Shown here: piece after piece, positions 55,301-64,000 of the stretch
Numbering within the stretch: position 1 is the stretch's first letter
Layout of the letters: every line of letters starts with the position of its first letter
NCBI GenBank assembly: GCA_018110785.1
Contig: JAGBHD010000012.1
Coordinates: forward strand, 390-64,389
Source: Oscillospiraceae bacterium
Lineage (GTDB): Bacteria; Bacillota; Clostridia; Oscillospirales; JAGBHD01
DNA length: 64,000 bases
Direction: 5' to 3'
Position numbers and translations under genes: made by a program
Notes under the pieces: generated by a model
Seen by the model: only the letters and a program-made list of their open reading frames with translations
Database searches by the model: none
Told to the model about the DNA's origin: nothing

Positions 55301-56566
55301 TTATTTGCAGTTATTTACTGCCGATTTTATATCGGCATACATATAAAGTGAACCTGAAACTAAAATTGGCGTACCGCTGAGTTTGGCGGATTTTATTGCC
55401 GCTTTTACTCCGTCTTCTATAGAATCAAAGCTTTCGGCATCTACCTTAAAGGCTTCTTTATATTCCTTAGAATCAAGAGCGCGGGGATTTTCAGGAGTTA
55501 CTGTAAACACTTTTTTTGCTATAGAGGAGAGTTTTTCTGCGATAAACTGATATTCCTTATCTCTCATAACGCCGCTTATTACATAGAGCTTTTGATTCCC
55601 GAAAATTGTTTTCGCGCTTTCTACAGCGGCTTCTACCCCTTCGCGGTTATGTCCTCCATCGTAATAAATCAGCGGATTATCGCATATTTTTTCCATTCTT
55701 GCCGCCCAGCTCACTTTCCCGAGAGCATTTCTGATATTATCTTCCGAAACCTTGAAGCCTATATTTTTTAATATTTCAGCCGCTTCTATCGCGACTATCG
55801 CATTAAAGGGCTGATATGTGCCTATGAGCGAGAGCTTTATATCCTTATAATTTTTATATGAAAGAATAGTTCCTTTTGGGGTTACAGATACATTTTTTAA
55901 AGCATTTCTATCGGGCTTTAAGAAATTACAACCAAGCTTTTCGGCTTCTTCTCTTATTACCTTTTCAGCCGCTATATCTACACCTCCAAAGATAACGGGG
56001 GCTTTATTTTTTATAATGCCCGCTTTTTCGGCGGCTATTTTTTCGACGGTATCTCCTAAATAATCCGTATGGTCTAAGGACACTCCCGTTATAACCGAGA
56101 GCAAGGTGTTTTCTACAGCATTGGTTGCATCATATCTTCCGCCCATACCCGCTTCTAAGATAACTACATCGCATTCTTCGCGCTTATAATACTCCAAAGC
56201 GATAGCTGTTATAAGCTCAAACTCGGTTGGGTGGTCTGCCATTTTATCGGCTTTTTCTGCTACAAGCTCGGTAATTTCAGCTAACGCTTCATCGGGAATA
56301 TTTTCTTTTCCAATACGGATACGCTCATTAAAGGAAAGAATAAAGGGAGAGGTATAAAGCCCTACCTTATATCCCGCTTCAGATAAAATCTCGCAGAGCA
56401 TCGAGGAAACCGAGCCTTTACCGTTAGTTCCTGCAACCTGAACAAATTTTAAGCTTTTTTCGGGATTTTCCAGCCTTAAAAGCAGCTCGGTTATTCTTGA
56501 AAGCCCGGGGCGGCTTCCCAAGGAAGAAATTTTATGGATATATTCTAAAGCTTCGTTATAATTCAT
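55301..56566 (-). CDS. folC: Folylpolyglutamate synthase / dihydrofolate synthase
   Basis: MNYNEALEYI..., VAGTNGKGS P-loop. True start is ATG 56566 (ATGA overlap with the folT stop). The track ORF has a spurious 120-aa extension. Confidence 0.93.
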   Translation of the reverse strand: MNYNEALEYIHKISSLGSRPGLSRITELLLRLENPEKSLKFVQVAGTNGKGSVSSMLCEILSEAGYKVGLYTSPFILSFNERIRIGKENIPDEALAEITELVAEKADKMADHPTEFELITAIALEYYKREECDVVILEAGMGGRYDATNAVENTLLSVITGVSLDHTDYLGDTVEKIAAEKAGIIKNKAPVIFGGVDIAAEKVIREEAEKLGCNFLKPDRNALKNVSVTPKGTILSYKNYKDIKLSLIGTYQPFNAIVAIEAAEILKNIGFKVSEDNIRNALGKVSWAARMEKICDNPLIYYDGGHNREGVEAAVESAKTIFGNQKLYVISGVMRDKEYQFIAEKLSSIAKKVFTVTPENPRALDSKEYKEAFKVDAESFDSIEDGVKAAIKSAKLSGTPILVSGSLYMYADIKSAVNNCK

Positions 56567-57060
56567 TTCTTTATAATCCTTTTGCCAAGCGCCGTATAAA
56601 CAAGATATACAAGATAGCTTTCTACGGCGGAGATCGCGATATATGTTACAAGCCTTGTTAAAACTACGGGGAAACCTCCGCCGTAGTAATAAAGAAGTCC
56701 TACGGTTTTTATACCTACAGAGCAGATAAAATGAGAAGCTATAACCGATATAAAAATACCTTTTTTGCCCGACACATATTTTTTTATAAGCCAAGGGAAA
56801 AGTCCCATAAGAGCACAGCCGAGAGTTATTATAGGATTTATTGTATATCCAACGAGCAAACAGCCTACTAAATCGGCAATAAGACCTGCGCTCATTCCCG
56901 CTACAGGCCCTAAAAGAAGACTGCAAAGGATTATCGGCAGACTTTCAAAGCTTATTCTGAGCGTTACCAATGTAAATGCGAAAACCTTACCCAGAATAAT
57001 TGATAATGCGGCGCATAAAGCCGCAATACAAATTAACATAATCTTTTTTTGTTTTCCCAA
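56563..57060 (-). CDS. folT: ECF transporter S component for folate (FolT)
   Basis: Six-TM protein of about 165 aa behind a THF riboswitch and ahead of folC. Start is TTG 57060 (8 nt after GGAGGGGAGG) or ATG 57039. Confidence 0.8.
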   Translation of the reverse strand: MGKQKKIMLICIAALCAALSIILGKVFAFTLVTLRISFESLPIILCSLLLGPVAGMSAGLIADLVGCLLVGYTINPIITLGCALMGLFPWLIKKYVSGKKGIFISVIASHFICSVGIKTVGLLYYYGGGFPVVLTRLVTYIAISAVESYLVYLVYTALGKRIIKK

Positions 57061-57121
57061 AATAAAAACCTCCCCTCCGCTTTTATCAGCAGAAGAAAGG
57101 ATATATTTCCTTTGAACGGCT

Positions 57122-57219
57122 GAAGCGGGATGCGACCACTGCACCGCAGGGTTTCCCCTTTCGCCCGAACGACAACTCCCCGTTCATTCGATACTTAACG
57201 CGCACTTGGTCTACTCTTC
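57122..57219 (-). promoter_or_regulatory. THF (tetrahydrofolate) riboswitch
   Basis: Minus strand reads GAAGAGUAGACC..GCGCGUUAAGU..GAAUGAACGGGGAGUUGUCGUUC..GGGCGAAAGG..CUGCGGUGCAGUGGUCGCAUCCCGCUUC. This matches the conserved blocks AGUAG, GCGUUAAGU, GAAUGGGAUGUCGUC, GCGGUG, GCAUCCGCUC as I remember the E. siraeum aptamer. Confidence 0.85.
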
Positions 57220-57261
57220 AAATAATTTTTATCGGAAGGGCTTTAAAAACCCTTCCGATTT

Positions 57262-57290
57262 ATTCTATCACAGTATTTTTCATTTTTCAA
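57262..57290 (-). promoter_or_regulatory. Putative folT-folC promoter (TTGAAA-17-TAGAAT, TGn)
   Basis: Minus strand hexamers at 57290-57285 and 57267-57262. Confidence 0.45.
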
Positions 57291-57297
57291 TAATAAT

Positions 57298-57480
57298 CTA
57301 TATGTATTCAGCATATTTATATTCCAAAAGATGCTTTAAGCAGCATTCCTCGCTCGGACAAACTTCCTTTTTAGGACAACTGTATTTTATAGTTTCTCCT
57401 GTTTTTGCAGCTTCTATAACAATATTTTGCCCTAATACTCTGCAATACTTTTTATAAAAGCTATTTACATCATTTCGCAT
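57298..57480 (-). CDS. Small Cys-rich hypothetical protein (60 aa)
   Basis: Strong RBS GAGGAGGAAG 6 nt upstream. Five Cys (C13, C35, C41, C46, C47). Confidence 0.6.
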   Translation of the reverse strand: MRNDVNSFYKKYCRVLGQNIVIEAAKTGETIKYSCPKKEVCPSEECCLKHLLEYKYAEYI

Positions 57481-57549
57481 ACTATCTTCCTCCTCTGTAT
57501 AAAATATTTTATATATGCCAAAACTTACCTCTGAAAGGAGATTTTTACC

Positions 57550-57786
57550 ATGGATGCTTTTGCTGTTAAAATCGGACTTAAAACACCTGAAGAAACTAAG
57601 GACACATCCCTTGAAAACGTTAAAGAAGAAATACGACGCACCGCTGAAGAACTGGAAAATGCTCAGATGCGCTTTGATTTGCTTACAGACGAAAAGCTGA
57701 TTGAAGCTCAGATTTATGAAATACGCGCCTTAAAGGCGAGATATTCATACTATTTTAAAAAGGCTAAAGAGTTAAGCGGAATTTAA
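57550..57786 (+). CDS. YaaL-like protein (DUF2508)
   Basis: ELENAQMRFDLLTDEKLIEAQIYEIRALKARYSYYFKKAKE matches the DUF2508 pattern. Confidence 0.75.
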   Translation: MDAFAVKIGLKTPEETKDTSLENVKEEIRRTAEELENAQMRFDLLTDEKLIEAQIYEIRALKARYSYYFKKAKELSGI

Positions 57787-57884
57787 GTCTTTTTTATATT
57801 CTATGCCGGAAATTTCTGTTCTTCTCATCTAATTGTTGATTTTTAAAATTTATTTTAGTATAATATTTTTTAGAGGGGAAGAAT

Positions 57885-58538
57885 ATGAAACTTTCTAAAA
57901 AAAATATTGCCTTGCAGGCAGAGAAGCTTTTAGAAAAGCTTTATCCCGATGCGGAATGCTCTCTTACTTATGAAACTCCGCTGCAGCTCCTTATTGCAAC
58001 AAGGCTTTCGGCTCAATGCACCGATAAAAGGGTTAATATTGTTACAAAGGATTTGTTTTCTAAATATAAATCGGTCTATGATTTTAAAGAAGCTAAAGAA
58101 GAAGATATAGCCGATTGCATTAAATCATGCGGACTTTATAAGACAAAGGCCAGAGATATCAAGCTAATGGCAGAAAAGATAATTTCCGATTATGAGGGAC
58201 AAGTTCCCGATACATTGGAAAAGCTTTTAACTCTCCCCGGTGTCGGCAGAAAAACCGCTAATCTTATAATGGGCGATGTTTATGGGAAACCCGCCGTTGT
58301 TACAGATACGCATTGCATAAGAATATCAGGGCGCTTAGGGCTTACTGAAAATACAGATCCTAAAAAGGTTGAATTTGACCTTTTAAAGCTTTTAACCCCT
58401 GAAACCTCTTCTGATTTTTGCCATAGAATTGTTCTTTTCGGAAGAGAATATTGCAGAGCGAGAAATCCGCTTTGCTTTAACTGCCCCTTAAAAGAAATTT
58501 GCAAGGAGAATAAAAATGGGAAAAAAACTGTTCGGTAA
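57885..58538 (+). CDS. nth: Endonuclease III
   Basis: HhH LPGVGRKTANLIMG, VDTHxxR, C-terminal Cx6Cx2Cx5C 4Fe-4S cluster loop. Confidence 0.93.
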   Translation: MKLSKKNIALQAEKLLEKLYPDAECSLTYETPLQLLIATRLSAQCTDKRVNIVTKDLFSKYKSVYDFKEAKEEDIADCIKSCGLYKTKARDIKLMAEKIISDYEGQVPDTLEKLLTLPGVGRKTANLIMGDVYGKPAVVTDTHCIRISGRLGLTENTDPKKVEFDLLKLLTPETSSDFCHRIVLFGREYCRARNPLCFNCPLKEICKENKNGKKTVR

Positions 58539-58731
58539 AAATATTGACCCCGCCTGCGAATACTGTGAGCGCGGAAAAATAACCGAGGACCGCAAGATGG
58601 TGCTTTGCATACATAAGGGAATCGTTGCTCCGTTTTATTCCTGCCGCAAATACATATACGATCCTACTAAACGAATCCCGAAAAGAATAAAAAAGCTTCC
58701 CGAATATTCGGAAAGCGATTTCAAGCTTTAA
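58516..58731 (+). CDS. Small hypothetical protein with CxxC...C...C pattern (71 aa)
   Basis: AAGGAGA RBS 6 nt upstream. Overlaps the nth 3' end by 23 nt. Confidence 0.6.
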   Translation: MGKKLFGKNIDPACEYCERGKITEDRKMVLCIHKGIVAPFYSCRKYIYDPTKRIPKRIKKLPEYSESDFKL

Positions 58732-58767
58732 AAAAAGTTCTCTCGAAGCTTCGAGAGAACTTTTTTA
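58731..58767. terminator. Bidirectional terminator (perfect 24-nt palindrome)
   Basis: A6-GTTCTCTCGAAG/CTTCGAGAGAAC-T6. The T-run overlaps the trmD stop. Confidence 0.9.
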
Positions 58768-59469
58768 TTTATCCTTATTTCTCATATATTTTCTATACAT
58801 ATCGGGGCGCTTTTTGCGGGTTCTGGATAAAGCGTCGCGAGCTCGGTATTTTTTTATATTCTCATGATGCCCCGAAAGAAGAACTTCGGGAACCTCTTTT
58901 CCATGCCAAACGGCGGGTTTTGTATATTGGGCATATTCTAAAAGACCGCTGTAATGGCTTTCTTCGGTAAAGCATTCTTCCGAAGATAAAACCCCATCTA
59001 TCATTCTGACAACTGAGTCAACAAAAACCAACGCGGGAAGCTCACCGCCCGTTAAAACGAAATCTCCGATAGAAATTTCCTCATCTACTATCTCTTCGAT
59101 TACCCTTTCATCGAGTCCCTCATAATGGCCGCAGATTATAAAAAGGTTTTCTTTTGATAAGAATTCTTTTGAAATCTGCTGAGTTAGTTTCCTGCCTTCG
59201 GGGGACATATATATAACATAGGGCTTTTCTCCCATATCTTTTACTACCGCTTCATAGCAACGGTAAACGGGATCTGCCATCATAACCATACCCATTCCGC
59301 CGCCATAGGGCGAATCATCAACCTTTTTATGCTTATCGAGGGTATAATCGCGGATATTTCGGCAGCCTATCTCGACAAGCCCTGCTTTTCTCGCTCTGCC
59401 GATAATGCTTTCACTCAACACCTTTTCGCACATATCGGGAAAAAGGGTTGCTATTTCAATTTTCATCAT
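58765..59469 (-). CDS. trmD: tRNA (guanine37-N1)-methyltransferase
   Basis: IEIATLFPDM, DDSPYGGGMGMVM, GHYEGLDERV. Confidence 0.95.
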   Translation of the reverse strand: MMKIEIATLFPDMCEKVLSESIIGRARKAGLVEIGCRNIRDYTLDKHKKVDDSPYGGGMGMVMMADPVYRCYEAVVKDMGEKPYVIYMSPEGRKLTQQISKEFLSKENLFIICGHYEGLDERVIEEIVDEEISIGDFVLTGGELPALVFVDSVVRMIDGVLSSEECFTEESHYSGLLEYAQYTKPAVWHGKEVPEVLLSGHHENIKKYRARDALSRTRKKRPDMYRKYMRNKDK

Positions 59470-59968
59470 CTAAAAGTCCTTTCAAAAGGCGCACCTTTAA
59501 AATACCTTTATCTATGTCTGTACTGATTATAGTTTCAGGAATAACAGGAAGCATAAATTCCTTTCCGTTATCCCTTTTTATCGTATAAATCTCGCCTGAG
59601 CCGCCTTTGAAAATATCCGAAAGCTTTCCATATTCTTCCCCGCTATCGGCATCAATTACGCTAATTCCGATAAGGTCGGTATAAAAATACACTCCTTTGG
59701 GGAGAGATATATCCTCTCGATTTAAATAAACCACAAAGTTGCGAAGCTTTTCAGCTTCTTCAACGGTACTGATGCCCTGAAACTTTGCTATAACCATTCC
59801 CTTATGCACCTTAGCGGACTCTACTACCATAAGCTGACTTCCGCCTTTTATATAAAGGCGGGACAGGGTGGCTAAATCCTCAGGGGTATCGCTCCAAGGA
59901 TAAATTTTAACCTCGCCCTTTATTCCAAAAGGGGCTACTATCTTTCCTGTTTCTATAAACTGCTTCAC
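59456..59968 (-). CDS. rimM: 16S rRNA processing protein RimM
   Basis: GKIVAPFGIKGEVKI, PRC-barrel C-terminus. Upstream of trmD. Confidence 0.9.
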   Translation of the reverse strand: MKQFIETGKIVAPFGIKGEVKIYPWSDTPEDLATLSRLYIKGGSQLMVVESAKVHKGMVIAKFQGISTVEEAEKLRNFVVYLNREDISLPKGVYFYTDLIGISVIDADSGEEYGKLSDIFKGGSGEIYTIKRDNGKEFMLPVIPETIISTDIDKGILKVRLLKGLLDDEN

Positions 59969-59980
59969 GCTTTAAATCTC

Positions 59981-61258
59981 CTAATCGCGAAATTTATTCA
60001 TTACAAGCCCTGTTATAAGCTTCGGATAAAAATAGGTTGATTTCTGCGGCATTTTTTCACCTGCAAGGGCAACATCTCTGATTTCCGAAACCTTTGTAGG
60101 GTTTAAAATAAAGGCGCAGTTAGCCTCCCCTTTATCTACTGCCTCTTCGGCTTCGGCGCGAACCTTAGTATATATAAGATTTTTCTGATTTGCCATATTT
60201 TCTTTATCTATTCCGAAAACATCTTCTAACAAAAGAGAATGCAAAACGGTTACATCGAGGCCCGAATAGGCTTCGCTGTTTTGGGGGTGGCGCTTTTTGG
60301 CAATAGACAAATCGCGAAGGACAAACAAATCATAATTTCCTTTACTATACATAACAAAGGCTTTTTTGCCGTCAAGATAGAGCTTTTCTAAGCTTTCATC
60401 TACCTTGTCGGAAGAAAGATCGGAAATCTCGAAAGAATTACAAGCGGATTTTAATATTTCCTCGCGGGAAAAGTCCGATAAATCTCTTACAATTCTATGT
60501 GTCGGAAAAACCACCAATCCGTCGCTCTCCATTGAAACGAGCATTGTTAAAACAAAGTTTCCGCCCTCTTCCTTTTCGGATATAATACCGTTTTCATAGA
60601 GATAGTTTTTATAGTTTACCGAGGTTTCATAGCGATGGTGTCCGTCTGCTATGTAGAGCTTTTTATCAGCAAAAAGGCTCGTTAATTTCTCTTTTGTTTC
60701 GTTATCCTTAATTATCCACAAGCTATGGGTAACGCCTTTATTATCGGTAAAAGAAACGGTGGTGGGGGCGGCTGTTACTTCTTTTAAAATTTCATCTACC
60801 GCGTCGTCATCATTATAAAGGGCATAAATCTGGCTGAAATTGCAATTAGTTGCTTTGAAAAGCTCAAATCTATCCTTTTTCGCTTTGGATAAGGTTTCCT
60901 CATGCGGCAAAACTATTCCTTCGGAAAAAGGAACAGCCTCAAGCTCGGTCATAAAGCCTGTAAAGCTATAATTTTTTCCGTTTACGGAGAAATCTTCTCT
61001 ATATACATAATAGCTTTCGGTATCGTCTTTTCTTAAAATATCATCATTTATCCATTTATTTAAGGTTTTGCCCGTTTCCTCATAGCGGTTTTCGCCTATA
61101 GGCAGCTCCAAACGAATTATATTATATTCATTTTCTGAAAGCAGCTCTTTCCTTTCCTCTTCAGATACTATATCATAGGGCGGACAGCATAGCGATTTTA
61201 TATCTCCTGCCTTTTCGGTATTAAAACGAAGTGCTTTAAAAGGTCTGATATTAGCCAT
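59981..61258 (-). CDS. DUF1015 domain protein
   Basis: MANIRPFKALRFN start and YIADGHHRYE motif. Confidence 0.85.
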   Translation of the reverse strand: MANIRPFKALRFNTEKAGDIKSLCCPPYDIVSEEERKELLSENEYNIIRLELPIGENRYEETGKTLNKWINDDILRKDDTESYYVYREDFSVNGKNYSFTGFMTELEAVPFSEGIVLPHEETLSKAKKDRFELFKATNCNFSQIYALYNDDDAVDEILKEVTAAPTTVSFTDNKGVTHSLWIIKDNETKEKLTSLFADKKLYIADGHHRYETSVNYKNYLYENGIISEKEEGGNFVLTMLVSMESDGLVVFPTHRIVRDLSDFSREEILKSACNSFEISDLSSDKVDESLEKLYLDGKKAFVMYSKGNYDLFVLRDLSIAKKRHPQNSEAYSGLDVTVLHSLLLEDVFGIDKENMANQKNLIYTKVRAEAEEAVDKGEANCAFILNPTKVSEIRDVALAGEKMPQKSTYFYPKLITGLVMNKFRD

Positions 61259-61411
61259 AATTTATCTCCTTTCAATTTACTAATACATTATACTGAAATT
61301 CTATATAGTTTGCAAGTTTATTTAATTTTTTCGACAAATAATTAAAATCTCTTGCCGTAATAGGTCTTATTGTGATATACTATTTTAAGAACAACATAGG
61401 AGCAGGTATTT

Positions 61412-61831
61412 ATGGAACGCGTTTTCCTTACAGACAGCAAAGATGAAACGATGGCGGTTGCCGAAAAATTGGGGGAAGCTCTTTCGGGCGGCGAGCTTAT
61501 ATTTTTAAAGGGCGACCTCGGCGCGGGAAAGACTGCCTTTGTCGGCGGACTTTTAAAGGGGCTCAAAATAAACTCCGAAGCTACCAGCCCTACCTTTAAT
61601 TTAGTTCATGAATACCGCGGCGAAAAAAATTTATACCATTTCGATATGTATCGGATAAATACCGAAGAAGAGCTTTATTCTATCGGTTTTTATGATTACC
61701 TCGACGATACTTCTATTATAGCTATCGAATGGGCAGAAAATGTTATCGATTATCTGCCCGAATGTGATATTTCGGTTAATATAGAAAAAACGGGAGAAAA
61801 TTCCCGAAAAATTACCGTGAAAGGAGAATAA
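61412..61831 (+). CDS. tsaE: tRNA t6A biosynthesis ATPase TsaE
   Basis: GDLGAGKT P-loop, SPTFNLVHEY, HFDMYR. Confidence 0.9.
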   Translation: MERVFLTDSKDETMAVAEKLGEALSGGELIFLKGDLGAGKTAFVGGLLKGLKINSEATSPTFNLVHEYRGEKNLYHFDMYRINTEEELYSIGFYDYLDDTSIIAIEWAENVIDYLPECDISVNIEKTGENSRKITVKGE

Positions 61832-61834
61832 ATA

Positions 61835-62512
61835 ATGAAATTTTTGTCGATTGATTCTTCTTCGCGCTCTGCCTCTGCCGCGGTTGTTTCAGATGGCAAG
61901 GTTTTAGGGGAATTTTTCGTTAATAATAAGCTTACCCATTCTCAAACCTTAATGAAAATGGTTGAAAACCTTTTAAACGTTACAGATACTAAAATCAGCG
62001 ATATAACCGCTATCGTTGTTACAAACGGACCAGGCTCGTTTACGGGAATTCGCATTGGAATTGCGGCAGTTAAGGGGTTAGCCTTAGGAGCGGACAAGCT
62101 TTGCATTCCTATTTCTTCGCTCGAAGCTATCGCATATAACTTTCTCGGTGAAGAAGGAATTATTGTTGCAAACCTTGATGCCCGTCAGGGACAGGTTTAT
62201 AACGCAATTTTCCGCGCATCGGCAGGCAGAATAGAAAGGCTTACTGAGGACAGGGCTATTTCTGCCGAAAAGCTTAAAGAAGAGCTTCTCTCTTACGATA
62301 ACATAATACTTTGCGGCGACGGGGCTTATGTTATAAAGGAAATTTGTCCCGAATATAAGCTTTCTTCGGAAAACAAAATGTATCAAAGGGCTTCATCGGC
62401 TGCTTTTGCCGCCGCTAAAGCTTTAGAAACGGGAATAGGTGCTGAAAGCCTTGTTCCCAAATATCTGCGCTTGCCGCAGGCAGAAAGAATAAGAAGGAAG
62501 GTAGATTTATGA
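61835..62512 (+). CDS. tsaB: tRNA t6A biosynthesis protein TsaB
   Basis: LSIDSSS...NGPGSFTGIRIG. Confidence 0.88.
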   Translation: MKFLSIDSSSRSASAAVVSDGKVLGEFFVNNKLTHSQTLMKMVENLLNVTDTKISDITAIVVTNGPGSFTGIRIGIAAVKGLALGADKLCIPISSLEAIAYNFLGEEGIIVANLDARQGQVYNAIFRASAGRIERLTEDRAISAEKLKEELLSYDNIILCGDGAYVIKEICPEYKLSSENKMYQRASSAAFAAAKALETGIGAESLVPKYLRLPQAERIRRKVDL

Positions 62513-62955
62513 TAGCTATTGGATGCGACCACGGCGGTTATAAGCTGAAAGAGGAAATTCTCGCCTATCTCAAAAGAGAAAATATCCCATATAAGGATTT
62601 TGGGGTTTACGACGAAACAAGCGTTAACTACCCTGACAAGGCTTTTGAGGTTTGCGAAGAGGTTGCAAAGGGAAATTTTGAAAAAGGAATTTTAATCTGC
62701 GGAACAGGAATTGGAATTTCAATTGCCGCAAACAAGGTTAAAGGTATTCGCGCGGCTTTATGCAGCGATTGCTTCAGCGCTAAATATACCCGACTTCATA
62801 ATGACGCCAATATTCTCTGCATGGGCGGAAGAACATTAGGCCCTGGACTTTCTGAAATGATAACAGATATATTCCTTCATACCGAATTTGAGGGCGGAAG
62901 ACATAAAACAAGAATTGATCTGATTTCCGCTTATGAGGAAGCTCATATTAAATAA
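62509..62955 (+). CDS. rpiB: Ribose-5-phosphate isomerase B
   Basis: [23 protein letters not shown], RHxxR. Confidence 0.93.
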   Translation: MIAIGCDHGGYKLKEEILAYLKRENIPYKDFGVYDETSVNYPDKAFEVCEEVAKGNFEKGILICGTGIGISIAANKVKGIRAALCSDCFSAKYTRLHNDANILCMGGRTLGPGLSEMITDIFLHTEFEGGRHKTRIDLISAYEEAHIK

Positions 62956-62993
62956 ATTATGCCGCCCCCCGCGGCTTAAAAGGAGATAGTTTT

Positions 62994-63620
62994 ATGAATC
63001 CTATTATTATGGACCACCCCCTTATTCAGCACAAACTTTCTATTTTAAGAGATAAAAGAACAGGAACAAAACAATTCAGAGAACTCGTTAATGAAATTGC
63101 TATGCTTATGTGCTATGAGGCAACAAGAGATTTACCGCTCGAAGATGTTGTTATCGAAACACCTATGGAAAAAGCAGTTTGCAAAAAAATTGCAGGCAGA
63201 AATCTTGCTTTCGTACCGATTTTAAGAGCAGGTCTTGGAATGGTTGACGGCGTTTTGAGCTTAGTTCCTACCGCCAAGGTTGGACATATCGGTATGTATC
63301 GCGACCCCGAAACCCACGAGCCCGTTGATTATTACTGCAAACTGCCCGATGATTTACCGATGCGCGATGTTATCGTTCTCGACCCGATGCTTGCAACAGG
63401 CGGCTCGGCTATCGATGCGGTCGATAAGATCAAAAAATTTGGCCCCAGAAGCGTTAAATTCTTATGCATTATCGCCGCACCCGAAGGACTCGATGCATTT
63501 ACAAAGGCTCACCCTGATGTTGAGGTTATCTGCGCCGCTCAGGACAGACAGTTAAACGACCATTGTTATATTCTCCCCGGTCTTGGCGATGCGGGCGACA
63601 GAATCTTCGGAACAAAATAG
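62994..63620 (+). CDS. upp: Uracil phosphoribosyltransferase
   Basis: [42 protein letters not shown]. Confidence 0.95.
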   Translation: MNPIIMDHPLIQHKLSILRDKRTGTKQFRELVNEIAMLMCYEATRDLPLEDVVIETPMEKAVCKKIAGRNLAFVPILRAGLGMVDGVLSLVPTAKVGHIGMYRDPETHEPVDYYCKLPDDLPMRDVIVLDPMLATGGSAIDAVDKIKKFGPRSVKFLCIIAAPEGLDAFTKAHPDVEVICAAQDRQLNDHCYILPGLGDAGDRIFGTK

Positions 63621-63630
63621 GAATAGAGAT

Positions 63631-63666
63631 AAAAAATAAGACTGCCGAGGCAGTCTTATTTTTTTA
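63631..63666. terminator. Bidirectional terminator
   Basis: A6-TAAGACTGCC-GA-GGCAGTCTTA-T7. Confidence 0.85.
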
Positions 63667-64000
63667 TTCATAATATTTCGGGCGGAAATAGAGAACCTTT
63701 CCCTTTCCATCGTTATCAATGGCTATTTCCATTTCACCCAATTCTTCTGGTGTTCCTTCAACCATGGGAACTGATACAATTTTATAACCCACTATCATAT
63801 TTTCTCCACCTTTATTGAGAGATTCCAAAGATACACTTACCATCGGACCAAAACCAACCGGAGAAATATTATAATAATCCCCGTCATCATACTTTGTAGA
63901 CTCAGAAGATATTTCTACCGCAAAGTTTTCTTTTATTACTTCTTGCACGAGTTTTTTTGGTATTTTATATGTTCCAGGATATACCGTTCCATCATCTAAA
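63664..64000 (-). CDS. Hypothetical protein, C-terminal part (reading frame stays open to the window end)
   Basis: The frame is open upstream of the track Met at 63948 (...DDGTVYPGTYKIPKKLVQEVIKENF...). No recognised motif. Confidence 0.45.
   Translation of the reverse strand, partial: LDDGTVYPGTYKIPKKLVQEVIKENFAVEISSESTKYDDGDYYNISPVGFGPMVSVSLESLNKGGENMIVGYKIVSVPMVEGTPEELGEMEIAIDNDGKGKVLYFRPKYYE

Noticed and set aside
56567-56926. 120-aa N-terminal extension of the folC ORF in the track (541 aa)
   Set aside because: The extension is R/Y/C/S-rich and overlaps folT out of frame. The canonical FolC N-terminus MNYNEALEYI starts at ATG 56566, with an ATGA overlap to the folT stop.
57061-57144. 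N-terminal 28 codons of the 193-aa folT track ORF
   Set aside because: They run through the SD and into the THF riboswitch aptamer. The real start is TTG 57060 or ATG 57039.
9435-59968. Separation of rplS (9.4 kb) from rimM-trmD (58.8-60.0 kb) as sign of a large insertion
   Set aside because: The intervening 49 kb is full of core housekeeping genes with no mobility genes or flanking repeats. It is more likely an ancestral rearrangement than an island.

Overview
This 64-kb chromosomal window comes from a low-GC Firmicute. It is most likely a Clostridia (Oscillospirales/Ruminococcaceae-like) anaerobe, judged from rnfCDGEAB, spoVS, a spoVB-like flippase, ymdB and a THF riboswitch. I did not run any homology search. 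All calls rest on motifs I recognise in the supplied translations and on reading the DNA by eye. I count about 68 protein genes and 2 tRNAs (Glu-UUC and a CAU-anticodon tRNA). I saw no rRNA, CRISPR, IS, integrase or phage genes.

Most of the window is housekeeping:
- Protein quality control and translation: clpX, clpP, tig, rnhB, rbgA, lepB, rplS, greA, yceD-rpmF, ychF, trmD-rimM, tsaEB.
- Energy and metabolism: the Rnf complex, folT-folC, rpiB, upp.
- Cell envelope: ftsEX followed by an M23 peptidase and an S41 peptidase.
- DNA repair: nth.

The one clearly accessory block is a minus-strand type IV pilus operon of about 11.7 kb (promoter near 54.83 kb, last gene ending at 43.18 kb). Its gene order is a 507-aa pilin with a C-terminal beta-helix-like domain, the major pilin, three minor pilins, a PilM-like protein, PilD, PilC, PilB, a 54-aa tail-anchored protein, and finally a 909-aa cytoplasmic protein in which I recognise no domain. 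That 909-aa protein is the best candidate here for something undescribed.

Other points worth a second look:
- Two non-coding arrays (17.73-17.90 kb and 29.52-29.69 kb) have the same unusual architecture: a 7-8-nt core punctuating variable mini-hairpins, first forward and then inverted. Each array sits beside a bidirectional terminator.
- An S11 carboxypeptidase homologue has lost its catalytic motifs.
- A 21-bp palindrome overlies the pilus promoter -35 and faces a divergent XRE regulator.
- The greA leader contains a terminator-like hairpin.
- Several consensus promoters and operators are visible.
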